Counted from the first letter of the whole stretch, positions 44,092 through 56,430 are shown. The stretch: DNA of 63,820 bases, filler included, from Globobulimina sp. (GCA_003354225.1; 22 parts of 22 records of this genome joined end to end with filler, not necessarily neighbours in it), one strand, 5' to 3'. The notes: a model not told the origin generated them from the letters alone. Numbers and translations are program-made.

Positions 44092-46248
44092 ATGTTCTCA
44101 GGCCAGATAAAAGACAAGCTCTTGAAATCTATTAGCACGAACGCTCGTATATATTTTGATAACAGCAGCCGATTCGACGACAAAAAGGAAAAAATTCTCG
44201 AATTGAGAGATCAATCATGGAATGTATATGCCATGTGGGACACCATGAAACCGATGGAAGAAAAGGTTCATGCTGCATTAGCACGAGCCCAAATTAAAAA
44301 CGAAAGCCACGGAATATTGTATTATTGTCCCCCGACCTATTTGGCTTCGAAAAAATTAATTAAAGAGATCAGAGCCGTTGAATCATGCCCGATACGCCAA
44401 TTATTTGTTCAAGATATTAATCCAACCCAAATGTCCGAATTGCTCGAAGTATTAGAAGATTGGGATAACGCCATTAAATCTGCTGCGAAGAAAGCCCTAT
44501 ATAATACAATCATTATTTTCCAGCCCAATGTTCAGCGTATAAAAAGGGGAGATGATGATCTCCATTGCCGGTTACTTATTGGCGTTTTTGATTTGCGAAA
44601 CAGTGATTTTCGGGGTATAATGGCCATTGGTGATATAAACAACGGCCGTTTAGGAGGTGAATTGAAAGGTATGTAGACTTAGATTGTGCGCAAATTCGCA
44701 TTGCGCAAATTCGCATTTTTTTTTAAAAATCACCAAAATAAAGTGCGCGCTGTTAAAAATCTCTTGGCAAGGCATGGAATTGGGCAAAAGAAAAAAAAGT
44801 TTATTTGGTTGCGCGGTTCAACGGGCAAGTTCTCGCAAATAATATTCACCAGTGGTTTTAGTAACCAGTGGACGAACTTGGTGGAATTGGGCAATGAACA
44901 TATTTCCGAGAAGGCCAGTGCATGCTATGTGTATATTATTATTTTACAACTGACGTTGATTGAGGCTTGGATGCGTGATTGGAAGATTTTGCGTTGGTCC
45001 TTCGATTCCTTTTTACGTACCACCAGGTCCAATCGCAACCAAGAACATAATTTATTATCTGCCAAATTCGCTTTTAATGCCGTGTGGGCATGCTCTGCCG
45101 GATTAGCCATTGGAGGCATAATTGATGATGCGCGGGCGTTTCTTACCATTGAAGTGCCTTTCATAGCCCGAATAAGGATCGATCAAATGAAGGCTGAGTT
45201 GCAGAACAATGCGACCGTCGATAAATTGGTGAAGATGGTGCGATGGGGTGCCCGCACAAAAGACACACGTCCAAGAAAAAAAAAGAATTACGTACCAGAC
45301 CCAGAACTTCAAAAACAAATCAAACGTATCAGAAAAAGGTACAAGAGAGAAAAAAAAAAAATGGCGAATAAAAATAAAAATAAAAAAAATATGGTCTTGT
45401 CATCCGACGCTGAGTCCACCGACGATGAGCCTGACCACACAGACAGCTCCGACTTCAAAGAGTATTTATCGCAACATTTGGACGTTGATGAATCCAGCTC
45501 TGACTCTGATGAACCTATGGACCCCAGCTCTGACTCTGATGAACCTATGGACCCCAGCCCTCGAAAAGTTCGACCTCTGAGATCATCTAAACAATCAGCC
45601 CTACAAAAGTTGAAGCAAATTGCTCTCGATGAAGCGCAAGATGAATTAGAGGAAAAAAAAGAAAAAAAAAGGTTGATTCGGCGCCGAAGGAGAGCAGCCC
45701 AAAGAAAAAGTGGTACACGGCTGGCACTTTCTACGAAACCACCGCGTTCGGGATTAGGCACCTCACCATCGAAGGCCCCATGTTCTTTTTTACTGCCCTC
45801 TCGACGTAAAGCCACACCGCCAAACACCGTACGATCGAAGGCCCCATGCTCATTATTACTGAGTACCCTGACCTCTGGACGTAAAGCCACACCGCCAAAC
45901 ACCGTACGATCGAAGGCCCCACGCTCATTATTACTGACCAGCCTGACCTCTGCACGTAAAGCCCCACCGCCCAACACCGTCGTTTCTCTTTCGAAAAGTG
46001 CAGAAGAACATCATCAATCTGTTTTGCTTCAGCGTGTCCTTGTCAGCCAACAAGATGTCGAGAATTTAAAGTATGAAGATCAGCACATTTTGTTGCAAAA
46101 AAAAAAAGTTGATCGCGCCCAGCATGGAGGAGTAAAAAAAGTTGATCGCGCCCGAAGGAATCGACCAAAAAAATGTAAGAAAAAGGCATTAAAAAAAGGA
46201 AAACCTCTTTCAGGTGGAAGTTGGGACACACCTATCGATCTGGAGTAA
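44092..46248 (+). CDS. Orphan 693-aa protein: globular N-half, acidic/basic repeat tail
   Basis: join(44092-44668, 44744-46248) via a 75-nt phase-1 GTATGT..AAG intron. 33-bp (SSDSDEPMDPS) and ~60-66-bp (SKAPCSLLL..RKATPPNTVR) coding repeats. Confidence 0.7.
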
Positions 46249-46496
46249 CCTAACTTCACCTATATCTACTTTATTGTTTTATCTGTCTTTATTTGTCTGG
46301 TTCTTTTTATTTTTATTTTTTTTTTTTTTTTTTTTGTTTTAGAGTATTGTTTTTTCGTTTTTTTTTTTTTTTTTTTTTGTTTTTTTGGTTTTTTTTNNNN
46401 NNNNNNNNNNNNNNNNNNNNNNNNNNNNNNNNNNNNNNNNTTAATTAATTAANNNNNNNNNNNNNNNNNNNNNNNNNNNNNNNNNNNNNNNNNNNN

Positions 46497-47024
46497 AGCC
46501 ATCCAGGACGAGACATTCATGGTTCGTTTCAAAATCAATATCATACACCGTGTCATCAAGAACCTGAACACAAAATTAAAATTTCTCCATTTAAATGTAT
46601 TTCTTTTTAAACTGTTACCAAATATTATTACACCATGTTCCTTATTATCTGTTTTCTTTACATTGGTAACATTCATAACATTTACTTTAAACAATTTACT
46701 ATAACCTTTAAATTCAAACGGAGGAATATTAGAAAACGTAGCGATAAGATACATGATTGGAAAAGGTATACTAATTTTAAATATATTTTGCGTTTCACGA
46801 CACCAACCAAATACTAATCGTTTCATATCATTATTCAATGCAATATCACTTTGTTTCTTTTTAATATTCAGCTCTGAATCTGATAGACCTACTTTTTGCG
46901 CTTCACCACATTTGGCACAGAAAGGATCTGTTGACTGTAATTCATTACTACAGGTTGTACAAAAAGATTTAGTATTGTTATTATTGCATCCTGTGTTAAA
47001 TAAACGAGCGATAAATTGCATCAT
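46497..47024 (-). CDS. Zinc-ribbon plus SPRY-like family protein, 3'-truncated
   Basis: FCTTC......FCAKCG, then LVFGWCRE...IPFPIMYLI..F leader. Confidence 0.6.
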
Positions 47025-47257
47025 AGCTGTGTAGTAAGTAGTAACTATACTTTGCGAGGTGGTTTAGCCGAATTTGTAAGCACAGTTTATGAATTAATGA
47101 GAAATTGATTTAAAAATGATAAATGACACAATTCACACAACACAATTGATTATAAATCAATTTAACACGGAAATATTATGAATGAGATAAATAAATTAAT
47201 GCAAATAGCGTATATAATTCTTTGCATAAAATATTTTACCATTTATCATTTTTTATT

Positions 47258-47701
47258 TTATTTTGCTTGTAATTTTAAAAATTTATAATAAGCCCAAATT
47301 GTTTGACCGTCTTTATCTGTACCACCTAATCTGACAAAATCATCGCCTGTTGGTGAATATGTTTGTTTTTGTCTGCTTGTACTTTTACCTTTATCTTGTG
47401 CCCATTTTACATTATATTGCCATTCAACTTCACATGTTGTTCTACATAATAATATCTCTGCAATCCCAAATTTATAACTACAACATGGACTTTCCACAGA
47501 ACTGGTGTATTCTTCTTCAGCTGGTCTTAATGTCCCTGTTCCCATTTTGCATGATACATATTTGCCACAACTACATGTTCCACAATACGATACACCGACA
47601 TGTGCAATATAATTTGGATTTGGATTTGATGGATTTGGTACAGCTGTGCCATAACTTACTTTTCCAACATCAGCACCTTTGTATCCAGAATAATGGGACA
47701 T
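47258..47701 (-). CDS. Small Cys-rich hypothetical protein
   Basis: Coding-like composition; CGTCSCG..C and PCC motifs; function unknown. Confidence 0.6.
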   Translation of the reverse strand: MSHYSGYKGADVGKVSYGTAVPNPSNPNPNYIAHVGVSYCGTCSCGKYVSCKMGTGTLRPAEEEYTSSVESPCCSYKFGIAEILLCRTTCEVEWQYNVKWAQDKGKSTSRQKQTYSPTGDDFVRLGGTDKDGQTIWAYYKFLKLQAK

Positions 47702-47880
47702 GATTACTATTGGGCAAATGGGCAAATGTCACTATGAAATCTAATTTTTAAGAAGATTGTATTGGCGTTTTTTTAAAAATGTTGGTTTAGTGAAGATTAA
47801 AAATTCAAAAATAATGTTTGGTGATTAGCGTCAGACTAAGTACATTTTTTTATTTTTTCTGTCTACAATCAATCATATTT

Positions 47881-48519
47881 ATGTGTAATGCATCATCAGC
47901 ACAACAATGTCAGTCTGCAAGTGACACAAAGAGCAAACCAATAACAAAAACAGAGTCATTGGTTCTTGGTTATGCCCGTCAAAATTGCAAACTTCCTATT
48001 TATTTATGCAATCATGATGTATTATTAAATTTGATTCTCACTTTTTTGGATTGTGAATTTAGTTGGACTTTATGTGGAGAGAAATTGAAAAATTTCTTAA
48101 ATAAAAAGAAAGGATATCGAGCAATGGAAAGTAAATCATTTGAATACAATGAAGTTAATCATATCAATATAAAATTTAAATGTTGTTTAGGTTTTGGAGT
48201 AAATATATTTGGCAAAGATATCATTATGTTTGGTTGGAAAGTAATTGATGTAACAGAGGAATTTGAAGCAATTCAAATTCATTACAAGTTAAAATGTATT
48301 GAAACAAACACCATTTTTGAGTTTAAAACAAAAATCTTTGATGAGTATAAATTTCGGCCGGTGCCGGATGCATTTGGATGGCCAATCACGTGCGCACCAA
48401 CGATATCAGATATATCACATTCTACATTAACATTTGTATGCGAAATTGTTAGCTGTTACCAAATTATTGATGATGGTGACTGCTTTTCCCAGCTGTTAAA
48501 AGATGCTTTTATAATATAG
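47881..48519 (+). CDS. Degenerate MATH-like family protein
   Basis: LVLGYARQ leader, FSWTL....NF....MESKSF, FGW, LTFVCEI; same layout as 9046-10125. Confidence 0.6.
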   Translation: MCNASSAQQCQSASDTKSKPITKTESLVLGYARQNCKLPIYLCNHDVLLNLILTFLDCEFSWTLCGEKLKNFLNKKKGYRAMESKSFEYNEVNHINIKFKCCLGFGVNIFGKDIIMFGWKVIDVTEEFEAIQIHYKLKCIETNTIFEFKTKIFDEYKFRPVPDAFGWPITCAPTISDISHSTLTFVCEIVSCYQIIDDGDCFSQLLKDAFII

Positions 48520-48918
48520 AGAGCAAATAACTTCATCTCTATTTTTTTTCGTGTGTTTTTTTTGTGCATTGTTGTGCATTTATAGCATGATGATGAGGGT
48601 AGGTTGGGGGAAAATTGTATATTTACTTATTAATTTATATGACCACGTTTTTGGTTTAAACTTGTCCTAGTCAGTAGTCAGAGCCATAAATAACTTCAAA
48701 AAAACACTGTTTCGTGGTTAAAAAAGAGTAATATGCTTTCTCGTTGGTGAGAAAGAGCAGATTCCAAACCTGAAATAGTAATTTTGACGATATGAGTCAT
48801 TAAAAGTGCATGAAATTAAACGATATGAGGTAAAAATGCATGAAATTAAAAGTTTTAAGTTGAAAAAAACAAATCGTTTGAAAAGTAATACTGTAAAGTA
48901 GTGAGTGTGGTACACAGA

Positions 48919-49300
48919 ATGAGTCAACAAGCAACAGAAGAAGAAGAGATTGATATTAATAATTCTGAGCAATTGGGAAGCGTATTATACGCATTGACGC
49001 AACCAAACAACAATGATTTAAAGCGAGCAACCTTATTAATACATAAATTTTTAGACAAACCAGAAGTTATTATGCCTCTCGTACAACAAATTGAGCAATC
49101 GCCGCATGCGCAAGTCCGACAGGTTGCGGCTGTTTATCTTCGCGAAATGGTTAAATTTTATTTTTATTTTTATTTTCATTTTCATTTTTTTTAAAATCAA
49201 ATGTTGAGTAATTATAATAATTTAATTAAGATTAAAGAGATATATAAAAAAATCCCACGATACATTAAACCAAAATTAAATTCCTTTTTAATTACAAAAT
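48919..49300 (+). CDS. Importin-beta family (importin-4/Kap123-like) N-terminus, truncated
   Basis: LYALTQPNNNDLKRAT...SPHAQVRQVAAVYLR; intron 49150-49230. Confidence 0.8.
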
Positions 49301-49400
49301 NNNNNNNNNNNNNNNNNNNNNNNNNNNNNNNNNNNNNNNNNNNNTTAATTAATTAANNNNNNNNNNNNNNNNNNNNNNNNNNNNNNNNNNNNNNNNNNNN

Positions 49401-51893
49401 CTCATATTGCAAAATAATAAGAATATCCATGGTAAACAATTCCGTGTGCTCTGTAGCGGCAATTGTATCATTGCTCTGTACTGTTTTTGTTGGGGTATGA
49501 CTCGGCTATTTGCTAGGATTTCTGCTGGGAAATAAGGTTGGATTATCAGTAGTTGATGCACTTGGATTATTTGTTGGAGCATGTGATGGATTATTGGTGG
49601 GCGCTTGTGTTGGGTTATCAGTCGCAATTGGATTATTAGTGGGCGATGGTGATGGGTTATTAGTTGGTGATCGTGTAGGAGACGCAGTAGGTGTAACAGA
49701 ACACGCTCCAAACATGGAGTAGGAAACAGATTGTATGCTGGCGCCACATTTCCATTTCCCACTACATTCACTTATATCTGCAGTAAACACAGAGACAGCA
49801 CACTGACAGTTATTGCTGCTGCTACCGAGAGCAGCACTTATGTACCATTTATGATCCCAATAATGCCACCACAAATATCTCGCTACATTGCTCTTGAAAT
49901 ATGCAGGAAGATACTCATATTCCCCCACAAAGGTCCAAGCGCCCTCATACGCTGCGAATTTAGTAAATTGTTTGAGACAAACTACCGAATTCCATGTTGG
50001 TTCCACATAAACCGGACCTGGGATGGCATCAACAACAGTCGAATCATCAATGCTGTTGCAATCTGTGCCTGTATAACCAGGATTGCATACACATTTACCT
50101 TCGGCATCACTGTAATGCCCCCAATAACAAGCACCAAAGTTGGTATTACTGCCACATACAATATCAATATCAGGACAAGTCAATGCTTTGTTACTTACAG
50201 AGCTCAATGTTTTAGTAACTAACTTCTCCGCTTGTGTGCACTGCACAGTTTCAGTAGTACTAAATATAATATTCACACCGGCATATTGACCAGAACTGGC
50301 ATCATAATCATAACACGAATGTTCAAAGCAATATCCTCCATCTGTTGTACCATCAGTTGCCACTATCTTTGTGCAGCGCGAGTTGGCTCCCCATGTCTCT
50401 GCCTGATACGCAGTATCATACACATTTGAGTTGCCGCGGATATCCCAACATACAGATTCATAATCTGGCGAGTATACAACATTGGCATCTCTCCACGGAC
50501 AATATTCAGATGCGGGACTGCCTCCTTTCGTGGTATCAGCAAAGTATTGGTATATTAAAGGAGGATTCGGATTATTCCAAGTGTAATAATAACATTTTGC
50601 CGGTGCACTGTTATCCTGATTACATCCATCATCATCGCTACTGTCACAAAACCAAGCCGGGAAGTTGGAAATATGGCTACTTTTATCAATGCAATCATCA
50701 GTAAACCACCCACAGCCTGCCATTTTTCCAAAAAAATACGGCTCTGCGAAGGCATAGTTTGGTAGATACCATCCACTGTCCTCCATGAGAGCTAAAGTAA
50801 ACTTTGAATAATACATTTGTTGAGTGTAAATGGTAGGAGTCATATTCTCTGAAGAGACGTGTCGTTCACTCCAATGAGAGATGGAATCAGTTTGTACAGG
50901 CAAACCAGATGCGGTCGGACAATCAAAATGTTCCCGCACTGTTTGTAATAATATGGGCGTTTTTAGCAGTGGCGGTGTCACACTTTCATCCAACACATCA
51001 GCTACGTCTATGATGTCACCATTTGAATCGCGGAATTCGTCCCATAACGAAGATAACATGATAGTGATATGGGTCATTTCATGCAACATTGTTTCTGTGT
51101 CTTTCTTCCATTCATGGTCTGTGAAAAAAGAAGCGCACACATTTATATTGCCTGCGATGGGTCTTCCGTATTGGTCATAGGCACATGGCCCCGCATGAGC
51201 CAATGTACTGCCACTGCCGCTGCAGGAACCTGTACTATCATCAGCCGAGACGTATAAAAGTAAATCTGTGGCGGAGACTCCTGTTCAAGTGTTTTTTGTT
51301 TATGGTTGTTGTCCTCGGAGCAATCAAACAGATGTGATACCTCTGCCAGGGTCCAAACGTGTGACAGATTCATTTGTAGGATAATAAAATTTATATTGTG
51401 CTGCTAAATGATCATCTGGAATTGTTGCATATTGACAATAATTGGTGGTCTCATACAGAGTGCAGTCCTGTCCATATTCGCCGCCATATCCATATGAACA
51501 CCATCGCTCCATAAAAAATGTGCCGTTGATAGGTATTACGCGTACCATTTGTTGATAATAATTGACAATGGCACCAATGGTTGCTTTTAGGTTTGATATT
51601 TGCTCAGTTGTGAGAATATTGGTGCTTATTGTGGTTGGGTCGTAATATGCGCTGATCCGTATTGGTGCCGTCTCACTCTCTGAGAGCATTGATCGACGGG
51701 TCGCCTGTTGTCGAGTGTTATTTGTTTCGATTTGTCTGGCATATGGATGGTCGTGATATGGCACATGGATTTCATGTAAGTTGACTCCTTTGACGATGTT
51801 TTGTTTGTTGATGGCACATTTATGTATTTTGCGGTGGCTATGGCAGAATGTTAATTGTATCCATATCATGGACACTGCTATCAATGACAACAT
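49401..51893 (-). CDS. Leishmanolysin/GP63 (peptidase M8) with EGF-like domain and PT stalk, 3'-truncated
   Basis: join(51341-51893, <49401-51280). Signal peptide, HKC cysteine switch, GRPIAGNIN, HEMTH, SHW, ENMT, TLALMEDSGWY, CVCNPGYTGTDC. In-frame TAG at 49506-49508. Confidence 0.93.
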
Positions 51894-52861
51894 GGTACGA
51901 CTGTTGAATTGTGAGTGTTTGAAAATTTCTTGAAGAAATGCAGCTGAATGTCGATGGCGGTGTATAATAAATGAATTTAGCGAATTATGATAATCATTCG
52001 CTTTTATTACACCTAGCTCGCTAAATTTATTACACTTCACCGTTTTTTCAAACATCTAAAAATCCAACACAAAAAAAAACGGAGAGCAAGATGAGTTCCG
52101 GATATTATAATAATTATAACGATTACAATAATTACAGTTATTATAACAAGTATAACAATTCTAATGATTATAATGATTATAATAATTATTATGTCTGGTC
52201 ATCCNNNNNNNNNNNNNNNNNNNNNNNNNNNNNNNNNNNNNNNNNNNNTTAATTAATTAANNNNNNNNNNNNNNNNNNNNNNNNNNNNNNNNNNNNNNNN
52301 NNNNAATATTGTTTTCAGGGAATCCAAAAAATCGAAAAAAAGAGTGTTTTTAGGAAATTAAAAGTTTTGAGGAATCAAAAAAAACCACACTTACAAAGTT
52401 GCATCGTTTCGAAAATAGTAATATCATCATCCAAAACGGGGAATTGCTTCAAAGAATTGTTTACTTATTACACCGCAATAAAATTATTATAATGTTTTGT
52501 TTGGTTATTATTAAATTGCGTTGTTCTTTTGTTTTGTTTTGCATTTTTTTAATACTTTTTATTATGTAAATAAAATACTTTAATTTTTGTTTGTTTTGTT
52601 GCATGAGCTTTTTTTGAAAAATGCACATTTGTTTTTGCTTTTTTATTGTTAATTTTTGAAACAATAAATTCTGCACTTTCTTTTTTTTAATTCTATTAAT
52701 TTGAATGGTTTTATTAATAAAAACAAAGATCAGTTTGTTAACATCAAATACAAAGTTAAAAAAATAGGTTTGATCTGAGATTTTTATTTGAATCTTTGAA
52801 TGATCGGAAAAAACAACGTGGAAAGAACTGTGTTAAAAAAAGTTGAAAAATCAAACAGTTA

Positions 52862-54241
52862 TTATTTTCCTCTATGACTACAACTATGATTGCCGTCATT
52901 TCTTTGACAATCTGAATTACAATAATACACTTTCTTACATCCAGCGCATTTCAACAACGTCACATCACGTTTGCCGCAGTTGTTGCATCTCCTTTTATCA
53001 TTATGCGAGTTTGTTTGAATACTTATTTGCTGAAGAAACCTAACCGGAATTTCATTCGACTCAAACTTAAACAACCTGCCTTTCAAAAACTGCAATTTAA
53101 TTTCATCTCTTGTCATATTGGACTGCTTCAAACGATCCGAGTTGTAGCCACCCATTGAATCTTCACCACACACAAACATGACAATGAAATTAGGATTAAT
53201 TCCAGCATCTAACCGTATCTTTATTTCATGCAACAAATACTTAAAATTAGCCAAGTCGACGTCAGCAATTGCTGTATAATAATCCATTACTAATTTAATA
53301 AAAACTTCCCTTTCATGCACTTTATTCATATATTGCGTTTTGTGCAACTGAGTGCCTCCAATATCAGTAAACGTTGCCTCTGCGTGAATGCAGCGAATAA
53401 AACTCCTAATTCCGAGTAATCGAATTGATGGATGAACTTTTTTTATCAATGCAATGAACTTTTTTCCAAGTCGTTTAATTTGCTGTTTAAAGTTTCCATT
53501 TTCAATGACTTGCTCCAAATCACTGCTCGAAAGTAAACCGAGTATCGCCAAATCCTCATTGGCTGATATTATTCCAGTAACACTGCGATATCTGCTGCGA
53601 CATTTCATGATACAGTCTTTGACATCGTTGAATTTTAAACCTATTATTCTTGGGAATCCGTGCAAATATTTGGAGCGAGGACTTGGTAAAAATGAGAGCG
53701 CATTGTCTTCGATCATAGAGGCACTGAACGAGTCCGTAATAATGAAACTATTTAAATGTTTGGATGACATGCCGCCATCGAGCAGGGAGAAGAACATAGA
53801 GATTGATCTCGAACCAGATTCCATCCGATATTCGACAAATTTAAATTGGGGGAGAAACGTTAGTTTATTTGCACTGATATCGACACTCATATTTGTTTGC
53901 AATAATTTTGTAGTGTATGTGTTATCGTTTAGCAATGATTTGATTTCGCCGATACTGTTGTTCCATAAAATGTAATCATTTAATTTCAAATCATGCGGAT
54001 TGATTTGATTGAAGTTTTGAATAAATGTTAATTTCGTTGCTGGAATTGTAATTATTTTATGTGAGCGTGCAAATGAAGCAATTACTTGAACACCATAAGT
54101 GTCATTATTTTCAACGCTCATAATTTCACCAAGTCTGCCGTTTATATCGAGCTCCATGTCATCAATCCGAACAATATCATGTTCTGTAAATTGTGTAAGA
54201 GTGACAACTACAATAAAAGCTAAAACCAAACAAATTGACAT
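52862..54241 (-). CDS. MYND zinc-finger protein with signal-peptide-like N-terminus
   Basis: C-terminal CNNC......KCAGCKKVYYCNSDCQRND..H.C; N-terminal MSICLVLAFIVVVTLTQ; two KOW/SH3-like repeats. Confidence 0.8.
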   Translation of the reverse strand: MSICLVLAFIVVVTLTQFTEHDIVRIDDMELDINGRLGEIMSVENNDTYGVQVIASFARSHKIITIPATKLTFIQNFNQINPHDLKLNDYILWNNSIGEIKSLLNDNTYTTKLLQTNMSVDISANKLTFLPQFKFVEYRMESGSRSISMFFSLLDGGMSSKHLNSFIITDSFSASMIEDNALSFLPSPRSKYLHGFPRIIGLKFNDVKDCIMKCRSRYRSVTGIISANEDLAILGLLSSSDLEQVIENGNFKQQIKRLGKKFIALIKKVHPSIRLLGIRSFIRCIHAEATFTDIGGTQLHKTQYMNKVHEREVFIKLVMDYYTAIADVDLANFKYLLHEIKIRLDAGINPNFIVMFVCGEDSMGGYNSDRLKQSNMTRDEIKLQFLKGRLFKFESNEIPVRFLQQISIQTNSHNDKRRCNNCGKRDVTLLKCAGCKKVYYCNSDCQRNDGNHSCSHRGK

Positions 54242-55208
54242 CTTTTCTTTGTGAATGAACTTCGAATTTGGCGGTAGAATGCACTTCCGAAATTGCGGTA
54301 GCTGGCATGAGGTAAACAGTTTTCTCAAACTTGGAAAGAGTCACTGCATTCTCTTCACGATATGTTCCATTAGAGAACCCCCTGACAAACTTTACGGCTC
54401 TTTGTATCTATGGGATACTAGTATATCGTTCAAACATACAAGTGACGGTCCACTCGCTTTTTTAGTTAATCTTTGTGACAAACAGTAGCAATTAATATCA
54501 GTTGATGTATATCAGTATATCATACTAATATTATTAAACTGAATGCAATATTAATTTAATAATTATATTAAAATCACTCTACAAATACGCAAAACAATAG
54601 ATACGCAAAACAATAAATTTTTATTTTATTTACTCCCACCAAAGGAGAGAAACTATATTATAAATACAAAGACATTGGTCCTAAATACAAAGACCATTTT
54701 TGCTTTTGGTCCGAAGACAAAAGTTTTGGGAAATAAATAACATTTCAAACGATTTCTAACACATCGCATCATTACAACAAAATACATATTCTATATACAT
54801 ATCTTTGCCCAACAACACAAATATTTCATTTGAAGAGATAAATCCCGTAACAATAAAAACAAAATCTGTCTCTATATCGATCTAAAAACAATTAAACAAC
54901 AAATGCAGTCAAATGTTTCTATAATAAATGCACTGCACAGCTGCTCCGAATATAAAAACAAATATAATCTAATATATATTCAACGAAGTGGTAATATATT
55001 GCGCCAATTCATTATAACTAATTTGATACTGAGCCGCAATATTCTGAATCCCAACTAACTGATACTGATAAAATATGCGGCCGGCATCGTAATCCATACA
55101 TTCAATTTNNNNNNNNNNNNNNNNNNNNNNNNNNNNNNNNNNNNNNNNNNNNTTAATTAATTAANNNNNNNNNNNNNNNNNNNNNNNNNNNNNNNNNNNN
55201 NNNNNNNN

Positions 55209-56149
55209 ACGGCGATGCTTTCCCATGGGCATATTTCTTTTGCGGTCTCTCATTTTATTTCTTATATTTCTTTGAACGTTTTGTACTCCACGCATTAGTA
55301 CATAATAATGGCCATAGCCACAACGCAGCAGTCCATTTAGAGGGAGCAGGCAACAGTTTATTAGGCGCACATGCAAACGATTCAGGATCATCAGGACCGC
55401 CGCTTCCAATCGATTCAGGCTCAATTAACAAAACAGTTTTATGTAATTTGCCAGCACCAAATCCAATTAACTCACAACAAAATGGATCTGATCATTCCAA
55501 TGCAACCCATGACCCTGGCAATGAAGTGGACGACCATGGCGCAGAAATATTTGCTTTATTGGTGCAAAAAAATTATTTGACTGGAATTGTATTATTGATT
55601 GGTTTGGGTTTACATTCTTTTTTGGCGGGGGTTGCTTTGGGCAGTTCGACCACAGAGAGCCAAGCCGTCGCTTTAGGCATCGCCATAATTTCGCATAAAT
55701 ATTTGGCTGCTTTTGCGTTAGGTGTTCCTTTGTATAAATCCAATATAAAATTAAGCATCAATATTGGCATTGCGCTCTTGTTTGCGTCGTTGACACCATT
55801 TGGCATTGGCGTCGGTTGGATATTATCCAAATCCTTGGATGGATGGGTCGGCGACTTATTTATAAGTGTCGCAGCTGGCACATTTATTTATGTCTCAGTT
55901 TGTGAAGTGTTGATACCTGAATTTAGTCAACAAAAAAAGAAAGAAAAAATAACATATAGGATTGAGGAGTCACGCAAGGAATTAAGTAGAAGCAATCAAA
56001 GTGTATCTCAACAATCGCAGAGATTGAAAGAAATAAAATTTAAACTAAACATGGAAGAGAAACGCAAAGCGAATAGGCAGGGAATATTAAAATGTTTCTC
56101 TGTTATGGTTGGATTTGTTGTTATGTCGTTGTTAGCATTTTGGGTTTGA
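55209..56149 (+). CDS. ZIP (Zrt/Irt) metal transporter, 5'-truncated
   Basis: Open from contig start (FPWAY, HNNGHSH); GLGLHSFLAGVALG, AIISHKYLAAFALG, TPFGIGVG, AAGTFIYV. Confidence 0.93.
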
Positions 56150-56430
56150 TTATTTCCAATCTATTGCAACAAAGTTGTATATAAACGAACATAGATATAG
56201 TTTTGTTGAATTTTCAATTGTAGAATATGTACAATAATAATTCTGGGATTCGGATTTTTTATCTAAGCCTTGAAAACTTTTCAAAAATTTGTATCATTTT
56301 CGCGAACAATAAATGTATGGCTTGACTAACCCGCGGGGGTTATGTGTCACTCATCGTTTAGATACAGATCACATTTTTTGATTTTACAGTAAAATAAATT
56401 GGATTATTGACACAAAAAAAAGTACAGCGA

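Noticed and set aside
45309..45977. 222-aa antisense ORF and similar shadow ORFs (15980-16612, 53454-53975, 62325-62795)
   Set aside because: They mirror well-supported genes on the other strand and have no independent motifs.
46310..46396. Retroposon poly-A tail on the minus strand
   Set aside because: The T-rich tract is interrupted, resembles other 3' regions here, and the contig ends before any element body or target-site duplication could be seen.
51203..51340. Split or frameshifted leishmanolysin
   Set aside because: A 60-nt GT-AG intron (51281-51340) restores a continuous M8 sequence.
55209..55450. Frameshift or premature stop in the ZIP gene
   Set aside because: On re-reading, the frame is open from the contig start; the ORF caller simply began at the first TTG.
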